Positions 54,101-61,168 of a stretch of 64,000 bases of DNA are shown here, one piece after another. The first letter of the stretch is position 1, and each line of letters opens with the position of its first letter. The translations under genes were made by a program, and so were the position numbers. The notes under the pieces were generated by a model that was given only the letters and a program-made list of their open reading frames with translations, was not told the origin of the DNA and did not search any database. This DNA comes from Cyanobacteria bacterium P01_F01_bin.150 (lineage in GTDB: Bacteria > Cyanobacteriota > Cyanobacteriia > CAKZMO01), in the NCBI GenBank assembly GCA_039189765.1, contig JBCCYL010000009.1, positions 1 through 64,000 of the forward strand. The letters run 5' to 3'.

Positions 54101-55164
54101 GCATTCAAGGATTAGTCGCCAGTCGTTATGCCCAGAAGGTTACGTCTGTTGACCTTAATCCCAGGGCTATTCGCTTTGCTCGCTTTAACGCCCAGCTTAA
54201 CGATATTCGGAATATCCAATTCCGCCTAGGCAGTCTGTATGAGCCTGTCGGCGAACAGCGATTTGATACCATCTTGGCCAATCCGCCCTTTGTGCCCAGC
54301 CCTACTCGGGAACTTGGCTTCCGAGATGGAGGTGCTACTGGTGAAGATATTCTTGCGGCCATTATTGCAGGTAGTGCGGCTCACCTGAATCCTAACGGCC
54401 ATGTATTTATCGTCACCGATTTGGTTGATATCGACACCTATGAGGCTAAGTTGGCTCAATGGTGGCAGGGGGGAGCCGCCCATCAGCTTGTGCTTTGTAC
54501 GGCTGATCGAGACGACATTTTATTCTCCGTGCCCCATAGCCACGCTCCCTTTGGCCAATCCCTTGAGGAATACAATACGGAGCTAGAACAATGGGTGGAT
54601 AATTTCCATCAGGCGGATTTAAAGGCGGTGAATTTTGGCTATATTCTGATTCAAAAATCCGCTGAAGCCTCCTATTTCTGTCGTACGGTCCATAATCCCA
54701 CCCAGGCGATTTATCCCATGGTCCAGTCCTACTTCCAACAGCAGGAACTGGTGCGATCGCCCCTTAGAGCAACCGCATTTCTGACGCTGATGGATGGACT
54801 ACGAATTCGGGTGGAAGAAGGGGTGTATGGAGGCGAGCGCAAAATCGAACTCCTCATCCCCAATAATTCTTACTTCACCACCTATCAGATTAATGAGGGA
54901 CTCTATCAATTGCTGAAAACGATTCAGCGACTCCAGCCCCAGTGGCAGGATTTTGCGACCCCTGCCAACCGTCCCTATTTAGAAAATCTAATTGGTAAAG
55001 GGTTGTTGATCTTGAGTATGGAACAACCGAGGTTAGAACATGATTCCGGCAATGGCTTTGCTGAACGATCTTCTTTAGAGGCATCTCAGAAAGCCCAGGA
55101 GCAAGACATTGTAGAATTACGGACAAAGACAACGCCGACCTGCTTATCTGCATATCTCAAATAA
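51136..55164 (+). CDS. NodU/CmcH-family carbamoyltransferase fused to an NPPF-motif SAM-dependent methyltransferase
   Basis: N-half HERSAAL, EQERLDR, HHLAHA, GKLMGLA, AGGVGLN, EYGPRALGHRS, KFREAFRPFAP, LNTSFN; C-half LLDLCCGGG, DLNPRA, FDTILANPPF. Confidence 0.9.
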   Translation: MSQYYLGVNLGHERSAALVKDGKILVAIEQERLDRQKYSIGFMLQAPGIPSRMQPPNQAIRYCLDSCGITLDDLAAITANMPGYDFAPDIMRNHFPADIADKVNAIPSHHLAHAYSAYWPSGFDQALVLVADATGSTDQAHCTESYSLYLGDGQRLTTLHSETVAAHLAGLSTLGFVYEYVTRKAGFVTTVGNTKISHAEAGKLMGLAPFGGEQINFHRWLKTIENSYSLSISPYDIFLEIAALEKKYDTGEGKPYLRPYLVDLAYKVQDELEKALQHIVQVAMDKTGLKKLCIAGGVGLNSVANYKIFQNLGLEDIFIFPAAGDNGIAAGAALWAYANQGGGKRPKLTQATLGHAYSPSLVDQAVQEFDEAIDAEVLSPAEMLERSAQALAKGHIVARFEGGSEYGPRALGHRSIMVDPTYKRMRDIVNARVKFREAFRPFAPVIPRECVSEVFELEADSPFMLLVAPIKQEVQEQIPAVTHVDGTGRIQTVTNEDNSYFYQLCHRLVQLRQGPPVLLNTSFNVAGQPIVETPAEAIQTFLNTDIDYLAVDNVWISKRHVQVQNYEEHLSKVNPSPIPHGLSPNQPAVTDLMAQLDQALFFGPQENCPWTPEELRALSALGARYKETSVLFPETPFMGSLRTKVTEDIVWVLDPQDRSTLVNLSLQGNLSFKTPQALPGRRISYASPSNSTSNSVSEVDRLEVRDTVQLSTQLQGKGYRQLLQKGTTQATAYSFDEVKLLIAMLSGQEDWRERIRVDLCLTHAELESHIAWAVEQLTQYGLQLPEDGAIAHPSDSSLPPSVAQTLEPFSNEQFSQRQLLAELRSRLHHANYTLDNICDRLNVESLQAIEPTRLHYYDRYLLGQALLDDLIRLFLLRVALPKSRLEDCLGVQVVESLIRLGVIIRRSLAPSVDSNPSVESAEAELWSSRIDLFCVDGLYIATDHRYMLLAEDQMDENPVMYVGADSQGLVYSAPRYPAKQLLDLCCGGGIQGLVASRYAQKVTSVDLNPRAIRFARFNAQLNDIRNIQFRLGSLYEPVGEQRFDTILANPPFVPSPTRELGFRDGGATGEDILAAIIAGSAAHLNPNGHVFIVTDLVDIDTYEAKLAQWWQGGAAHQLVLCTADRDDILFSVPHSHAPFGQSLEEYNTELEQWVDNFHQADLKAVNFGYILIQKSAEASYFCRTVHNPTQAIYPMVQSYFQQQELVRSPLRATAFLTLMDGLRIRVEEGVYGGERKIELLIPNNSYFTTYQINEGLYQLLKTIQRLQPQWQDFATPANRPYLENLIGKGLLILSMEQPRLEHDSGNGFAERSSLEASQKAQEQDIVELRTKTTPTCLSAYLK

Positions 55165-55202
55165 AGTCCATATCAGTAACGGAATGGTGAGACAGAGCTA
55201 AT

Positions 55203-55231
55203 GGTGGTGTGGGCGCAACGCGCCCACACCA
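55203..55231. repeat. GC hairpin of the REP-like family between convergent genes
   Basis: TGGTGTGGGCGC-AAC-GCGCCCACACCA. Confidence 0.8.
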
Positions 55232-55238
55232 TTTGTTT

Positions 55239-56066
55239 TTAAGCTGTTAAAGGGCCAGGCTGCAATGCCTTAAGATACTTCAGAAACTCTGTTTGTTCAC
55301 GAGCACTGAGCTGCTGGCGTGATCGCTTATGGTATTTTTGATCCAGCCAATCCCGTCCTTGGGCAATGGTCCACCCCACCCGCTGCATTTCAATCAAAAT
55401 CAAATCCGATACCGATAGCTCAATCACTCCAGCAATTAATTTCCAGCACGGATCGTCACCTTCCCAGCTGGGCGGACGGTGGGGCAAACCTAAACTCATC
55501 GTTATCAAGCATTGAGCACTGGGCCTATGACCTTGATCTAATTGGGCAACAAATGCTGGATCGGTAATGGGTACCTGATAAATCGTTTGCCCCAGAGCCG
55601 TTGTAAACGATCCTTTCCAGCGGGTTCCAGTGGAACGGACATCACCCGTGACCTGAAAAGACTGGGTGCGGATTAGCTCTAACGTTCGGCGGTTTTGGAG
55701 AGGCTGCGATCGCAGCCACGGCTCTGATACATACTTACGTTCGGTATGCAAAATCTGAGGCCGACAGCTACAAAAGGTCATTACCCTAGCAGGCTGTGCC
55801 CGATCAATCCGTTGCCATTGGCCATCGCGAATCCAGTAATTTTCACGGGCCATGCGATCGCGGTCCACTTTGTAGGCTAGCGGAATACTCAAGATATCCA
55901 GAAGCGCCGGTTCGTCACCGTCAATAAGGCGGATATCCGCTGGCACTTGACCATCGGGGAGGCGATCGCACACTGGCCGTACCCATTGGCCTGTATAAAT
56001 ATCGATACCAGCAATGCATCGCTCTCCATGTTTCCAGGAGTTTGCTAAACAAATCAACGTCGCCAT
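55239..56066 (-). CDS. Dual OB-fold (DuOB-like) domain protein with extra C-terminal helical domain
   Basis: ICLANSWKHGERCIAGI...WVRPV, ENY, PITDP, TMSLG, CWKLIAGVI. Confidence 0.75.
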   Translation of the reverse strand: MATLICLANSWKHGERCIAGIDIYTGQWVRPVCDRLPDGQVPADIRLIDGDEPALLDILSIPLAYKVDRDRMARENYWIRDGQWQRIDRAQPARVMTFCSCRPQILHTERKYVSEPWLRSQPLQNRRTLELIRTQSFQVTGDVRSTGTRWKGSFTTALGQTIYQVPITDPAFVAQLDQGHRPSAQCLITMSLGLPHRPPSWEGDDPCWKLIAGVIELSVSDLILIEMQRVGWTIAQGRDWLDQKYHKRSRQQLSAREQTEFLKYLKALQPGPLTA

Positions 56067-56084
56067 GCGTTCTAATAAAAAGGC

Positions 56085-56537
56085 TCAAAGATGATGAATC
56101 GTGACATCGCTCCACCGATCGGATAAATATTCGGCGACCAGTCGCCGATGGCAATGGTGGGGAGTTGCTTCACTACAGAGCAAACATCCTCCATCAAGTA
56201 ACTCCGGAGACAGGGTTTCCTCAATCCGTCGTTCGGCCATTAGTGCATTAAACTGACGGGTGTATTGGTCCCAGTCTCCCAGTTTTCCTCGTTTGCCGCC
56301 GGGCTTTTTGTAGGCGTCCAGAATATTTTTGGTGGGTGCGAGATTCAGTTGGTGCGTGTAGTTAATGTTCCCAATTTCCCCCAGGAAATATTCAAGATCG
56401 GGAGATTTGCTAAAGCCTGCAAGCTGGGATTTATTATTTAGCCGCACATCGATAACGGTTTTCACGCCTGCGTTGATTAAACGGCTAAAAAACGTCCGTG
56501 CTGTTTTCTTGGTAAATCCAATAGTGTAAATCTTCAC
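56085..56537 (-). CDS. DUF488 family protein (short)
   Basis: IYTIGFT, IDVR, SQLAGFSK, LLCSEATPHHCHRRLVAEYL. Confidence 0.9.
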   Translation of the reverse strand: MKIYTIGFTKKTARTFFSRLINAGVKTVIDVRLNNKSQLAGFSKSPDLEYFLGEIGNINYTHQLNLAPTKNILDAYKKPGGKRGKLGDWDQYTRQFNALMAERRIEETLSPELLDGGCLLCSEATPHHCHRRLVAEYLSDRWSDVTIHHL

Positions 56538-56672
56538 CGCTATGTTGAGGCTACTGCCTAACTGACCCTATATTACATATATACTATATCTTTAGTGGGT
56601 TTCGTGAAATAAGCGACAGTGGAGGCACAGACACCTCCATTGCCTGCCTAACGTTAGCGATACAATAACTCT

Positions 56673-57452
56673 ATGAACAGACCTAATTTTCCTGGCATGA
56701 ATCCCTATTTGGAGCGACCAGATATCTGGCCAGAGATCCATTATGGTCTGATAAGTGGTTTGATGCGATCGCTAAATCCTCTTTTAGTCCCCAAATACAG
56801 GGCCGCAGTGGATAAACGGACCTATATGGATTCTGTTTTAGTGGGGATTCCCGATACCACTGTTATCCAATCACCCAAGTCTATTGACTCACAGCAGCTA
56901 ACTGGTCGATCTGCGGCTAACCTTCAAGCGGCCACGACCATCTTGAGCAAACCAGAGATTGTTTCAGTTCCAATACAGGAAGAAGTGACCGAACGCTTTT
57001 TGGAAATTCGAGAAACAGCCACTGGCAAAGTGGTAACAGTGATTGAAGTGTTATCACCTAAAAATAAACAAGGAGGAGAAGGGCGCTTGAAATATCTGAA
57101 AAAGCGCCAAATGATTTTCAGCAGTCAGACTCACTTTGTTGAAATTGATCTCTTGAGAATGGGGCAACCGATGCCAATTCAAGGAGGCCGAAAATCGTCT
57201 TATCAAATTTTGGTCAGCCGAGTGGACCAGCGCCCCAGTGCAGAACGCTACCCCTTTGATATGCAACATCCGATTCCAGTTTTTACATTACCTCTGATGG
57301 TAATGGATACTGAGCCTGTAATTCAGTTAAATAAATTAATTGATCAAGCCTATCAGGAAGCCGCTCTTGATTTAGTCATTGACTACAGTCAACCGCCTGC
57401 GCCTCCCTTGGGGAAGAAGGACAGAGTATGGCTTGAATCTTTGCTCAATTGA
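56673..57452 (+). CDS. DUF4058 family protein (restriction-endonuclease-like fold)
   Basis: FPGMNPYLE, PD, IEVLSPKNK, HFVEIDLLR, IDYSQPPAPPL. Confidence 0.85.
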   Translation: MNRPNFPGMNPYLERPDIWPEIHYGLISGLMRSLNPLLVPKYRAAVDKRTYMDSVLVGIPDTTVIQSPKSIDSQQLTGRSAANLQAATTILSKPEIVSVPIQEEVTERFLEIRETATGKVVTVIEVLSPKNKQGGEGRLKYLKKRQMIFSSQTHFVEIDLLRMGQPMPIQGGRKSSYQILVSRVDQRPSAERYPFDMQHPIPVFTLPLMVMDTEPVIQLNKLIDQAYQEAALDLVIDYSQPPAPPLGKKDRVWLESLLN

Positions 57453-57510
57453 TTTTTCTAGTATCCCTGGTTGCCACAATCTGGATGAACCAGGGGTATC
57501 GTCATCAGAC

Positions 57511-57578
57511 GGGTGGTTTGGGGGGGGCGCGCCCCCCCCCCACCACCGTTAATTTTATTTCGCTTTAAAACGAAAGCC
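57511..57578 (-). repeat. REP-like two-hairpin element (homopolymer-degenerate copy)
   Basis: G-run/GCGC/C-run hairpin followed by ACCACCGTTAATTTTATTTCGCTTTAAAACGAAA. Confidence 0.8.
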
Positions 57579-57599
57579 TGAACCAGGGAAAAATTGTGA

Positions 57600-58340
57600 T
57601 TACTTTCGGTAGGCAATTTTTTTACCTTGTTGACAATAGGCTATTGCGATCGCCCTCTGTCTTTTTTCTAACTGCGGCTCTAGCCAATCTTTAAATACAT
57701 CCAACTGTCTGACTACAGTAATGCTGCTATCCCTTTTACGATTGTTCTCCTCAAAAGTGCTAGAAGGTGTCGGTCTTGCTTTAGTTCCAAACACACTTAG
57801 TAAATCCAGTTGGGCGATCGCCTCTTCAGGCTCCGGCTCTGGCTGATCGGGAGTATATAACTTTAGTAATCGATCCTCCAGCTCTGAGTGGGATTCCAGC
57901 CGACCATTGCGTAAAATATGTTGGATAGTATGGCCATCAGTATGAAGGGGACGGCTTACTAAAATAGCCCGATGACAGGTAATCGGATCGTGCTCGGCAC
58001 ACATCAGAGCAATGGAATGGGTTTCCGACCCTTTGACCAGACGGTTTAATCCCTCGATAAAAATAGGCGTTTGGGCCAGTCGTTCATAACTTACGGTTCC
58101 ATCAATGTAGCAATCCGGATCGGTGCTGCGGGGTCCCAGTTCTTTTCCTAAAAATACATAACTCAGTCCAGCTTTACGGATTGCGCCTTCTAGAGGAGCT
58201 TTGCAAAAGTGCTGGCAGTAGCGACTGTAGGGATGCGATCGCACATCAGCCAGCGCGGTTACACCATGATGCTTAAGGAGACCAATAAACTCGTCAATGG
58301 TGTGATTGGAGTGACCGATGGTAAAGATGGGACGTGGCAT
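57600..58340 (-). CDS. DUF488 family protein (long)
   Basis: IFTIGHSN, ADVRSHPYS, LGKELGPR, LMCAEHDPITCHRAILV, AYCQQGKKIAY. Confidence 0.9.
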   Translation of the reverse strand: MPRPIFTIGHSNHTIDEFIGLLKHHGVTALADVRSHPYSRYCQHFCKAPLEGAIRKAGLSYVFLGKELGPRSTDPDCYIDGTVSYERLAQTPIFIEGLNRLVKGSETHSIALMCAEHDPITCHRAILVSRPLHTDGHTIQHILRNGRLESHSELEDRLLKLYTPDQPEPEPEEAIAQLDLLSVFGTKARPTPSSTFEENNRKRDSSITVVRQLDVFKDWLEPQLEKRQRAIAIAYCQQGKKIAYRK

Positions 58341-58419
58341 GAACTAGCACGAACAAAAGGTCTATTATTTTATTCTAACCGCCAGCGAAATTGAAGAATA
58401 TGCGCCTAAAGTCTACGAG

Positions 58420-59649
58420 TTAGGAGGGTTCCAGATAAACCTGGATTTTGCAACCTTTGCCAGGTTCGCTGTTAATTTTGAGACTGCCCTGGAGAGCTAA
58501 AATTCGTTCCTCCATCCCCTGTAGCCCAAACCCACTGCGCTGACTGGCCATGCGATCAAAGCCCTTGCCATTATCTTTTACGATTAGAGACAGCCCCGAA
58601 GGATTTGACTCCAGGTGAATATCGACGGTGGTCGCTTCGGCGTGCTTAAAAATATTGGTCAGTGCTTCTTGAATTACTCGGTAAAGGGCAGTGGAAACGT
58701 TTAGAGGAGGATTAGTACCTAATTGGATATGAACGGTCGGGTTAATTTGAGTTGTGCGGTGAAAGTTTTGAGTCAGGGTGGCGATCGCCTCTTCCAGTGG
58801 CTTATCTTTCAGAGGATTTGTTCGCATGGCCGCAACGGACTGACGCACATCCTGTAAGGCTGTAGATCCCAAACGTTTTGCCTCTTGCAAAAAGCTCTGG
58901 GACTGCTCAGGGCGGACCGTCGCTAACTTTAGGGCTCCCTCGATTTGCAGATTTAAGGCTGTTAAAGAATGACCGAGAGAATCATGGATTTCACGGGCAA
59001 TGCGATTCCGCTCCTGTTCCATCGCCAGGGACTCAACCCGGAGAGCATAGTTACGCAGTTGATCATTGGCATCAATCAGCTTTTCTCGACTTTCTCGCTC
59101 GGTTACCAAGGCATTAGTCAGGAGCAATACCAGAATTAAGCACAGCCCAAACAGAAGCGAAAAATTAAGACCAAAGGCCATTAGCATACGTTGACTGAGC
59201 TGCCAAATACTGACTGCGGCGGGACTGTCAAACGTCGGATTCACAATGCGACTGCCTGCCTGGCTGATCCGATCAAGCACTACGGACACAAAAATGCCAA
59301 AGGCAAGAATGGTTACGACCAGACGCCCCCGCAATCGAAAGATAAGGGAGCTGCGAATCACCATAATCAGTTGGGGAAATGGAAACCCCCGTCCCGATAC
59401 CCCAAAAGCCATTAGGACAATAAGTCCCATTTGCCCCGCTGTATAGAGCCACTTATGACTAGCCTTTTGGGTGGGAATAGCCAATCCCATCAGACCAAAA
59501 ACAATAATGACCAAAATGGCGGGAAAGGGATTATTACTACGAAAGGGGGCAAATAGCTCTAGGAGAATAGCCAATAGCAGTAACCCCCATTCCACATACA
59601 GCAAAAAGGGAAACGGGTGATTGCGAGGGGTAATCACACGATGATTCAT
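58420..59649 (-). CDS. NarX/DesK-type (HisKA_3) membrane sensor histidine kinase
   Basis: ERNRIAREIHDSLGH, QEALTNIFKHA, DNGKGF, GFGLQGMEER; N-terminal TM helices. Confidence 0.93.
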   Translation of the reverse strand: MNHRVITPRNHPFPFLLYVEWGLLLLAILLELFAPFRSNNPFPAILVIIVFGLMGLAIPTQKASHKWLYTAGQMGLIVLMAFGVSGRGFPFPQLIMVIRSSLIFRLRGRLVVTILAFGIFVSVVLDRISQAGSRIVNPTFDSPAAVSIWQLSQRMLMAFGLNFSLLFGLCLILVLLLTNALVTERESREKLIDANDQLRNYALRVESLAMEQERNRIAREIHDSLGHSLTALNLQIEGALKLATVRPEQSQSFLQEAKRLGSTALQDVRQSVAAMRTNPLKDKPLEEAIATLTQNFHRTTQINPTVHIQLGTNPPLNVSTALYRVIQEALTNIFKHAEATTVDIHLESNPSGLSLIVKDNGKGFDRMASQRSGFGLQGMEERILALQGSLKINSEPGKGCKIQVYLEPS

Positions 59650-59839
59650 ATTTTTTCTCTGATGCGGTGCGTTATCACAGGGGTATTGTAGGCGCGATCG
59701 CACCTTTCCATAACAGCTTTGAGTACATTATTAACGTTGTGGATAGTGGCTTATGGATTCCTTTCACCGTGTCACATGATCGAATAGCCCCGGTAGGGTT
59801 CAAGTAAAATATGGATACATCCTTTATGGGCTCCACATT

Positions 59840-60484
59840 ATGACCCAAAGTCTTGCGATCTCTAAAAATATTCTTACAATGGCGGCTGTCCAGCAGCGTT
59901 TTGGGGTGGTTCCAAGCGCGGATCCAGCCTTTTTTACAGAATGGAGTCAAGCGTTGCCAGCATTAACCCAGTCAGATCTTGAAATACTTGACCAAGTAAA
60001 AGCGAGATTTGACCGTCATCGTCATCAAGGCCCCTTGGCCGAAGGAACCATTAATCAGCTACTGATTTCTCCGCTGCTGACGCTGGCGGGTCTATATGAC
60101 GCTCCCTTCTTTGTTTCTACAGAACCTAGCCTTGAAATTGAGATAGAAGACAGGGATGAAGTTTTACGGGGACGCATTGATACCTTGATTGTTCAAGACC
60201 AATTTTGGGCGTTGGTGATTGAATCAAAGTCCACTATCGCATTTTCACTGGCGTTGCCTCAGGCGATGACGTATATGATGGCCAATCCCTATCCCGATCG
60301 CCCCGTTTATGGGTTAATCAGCAATGGGGACGAGTTTATGTTTATTAAAATGCTGACCCAAGGACTCCCCCAATATGACCTGTCCAACGTTTTTTCCCTA
60401 CTGATTCCCCGACGCAATCAGCTTCAAGACATTCTGCAAATCCTTCGGCAAATTCGGCAAATTATGGTCAGTTCTACACACTGA
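59840..60484 (+). CDS. Type I restriction enzyme R-subunit N-terminal-like (PD-(D/E)XK) protein
   Basis: RGRIDTL, VIESK, ALPQAMTYM, YGLISNGDEF. Confidence 0.75.
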   Translation: MTQSLAISKNILTMAAVQQRFGVVPSADPAFFTEWSQALPALTQSDLEILDQVKARFDRHRHQGPLAEGTINQLLISPLLTLAGLYDAPFFVSTEPSLEIEIEDRDEVLRGRIDTLIVQDQFWALVIESKSTIAFSLALPQAMTYMMANPYPDRPVYGLISNGDEFMFIKMLTQGLPQYDLSNVFSLLIPRRNQLQDILQILRQIRQIMVSSTH

Positions 60485-61103
60485 CCGTTCTCAAAACTTG
60501 ATTCGCTGTCAATGTCAGGCCAGGAAATGTGGGAGAAACAATCAGATTGTCGTCTCGAAACTGCTGGACCTGATACCGACCATTCACCAGGGTAAAAATG
60601 GAAAGCGTGGGTCTTTTGGGACTGCCAATATGGCGAGTACCGCCTATCCCCGCATAGTCTGCAATCCAGTATTCAGGGATACCTAAGGTCTCGTAGTCCT
60701 CTAACTTGCGAGAGTAGTCATTTTGCCAATTACTGCTAACGACTTCAGCGATCATCTTAATTGAGCGACTCTGCGTCAAAATTGACTGTTCCTGCCAGAG
60801 CGGTTCGTTATGTAGATTGGCTTCATCGATTACAGCCACATCAGGGCGAAAGGCCGTCATCGCAATATTCGGTGGACGAAAAAGCGGCCGTTGCAAGACA
60901 ACCCAAGCGAGATCTGCTAGATCTATCTGAACGCAAGTCTTCTTAGTGATAAACCCCGCTACCTGCTCATGAGGACCAGTTGGTTCCAAATCAAACACTT
61001 CTCCGTCAATCAGTTCATATCGGTTGTCACCACCATACCGTGTCAGGAACTCATCAACGCTGAGTGGCCTTTGTTGTAGAGGTGGATTGATTGCGATGGT
61101 CAT
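60474..61103 (-). CDS. Uma2 family endonuclease
   Basis: RYELIDG, PDVAV, EVVSSNWQNDY..KLEDYETLGIPEYWI, SPTFP. Confidence 0.92.
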   Translation of the reverse strand: MTIAINPPLQQRPLSVDEFLTRYGGDNRYELIDGEVFDLEPTGPHEQVAGFITKKTCVQIDLADLAWVVLQRPLFRPPNIAMTAFRPDVAVIDEANLHNEPLWQEQSILTQSRSIKMIAEVVSSNWQNDYSRKLEDYETLGIPEYWIADYAGIGGTRHIGSPKRPTLSIFTLVNGRYQVQQFRDDNLIVSPTFPGLTLTANQVLRTVSV

Positions 61104-61168
61104 AGGACGATCGTTCCTTGAGTTAGCTTTCCTTTTTTGACCATACTATAAGGCTAAATGTTATGCAG

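Noticed and set aside
57519..57541. G/C homopolymer runs as a phase-variation tract or G-quadruplex
   Set aside because: They align with the GC hairpin of the REP-like family and may be base-calling errors in a strong hairpin
59804..59818. Possible NtcA box GTA..TAC
   Set aside because: Spacer is 9 nt rather than the canonical 8
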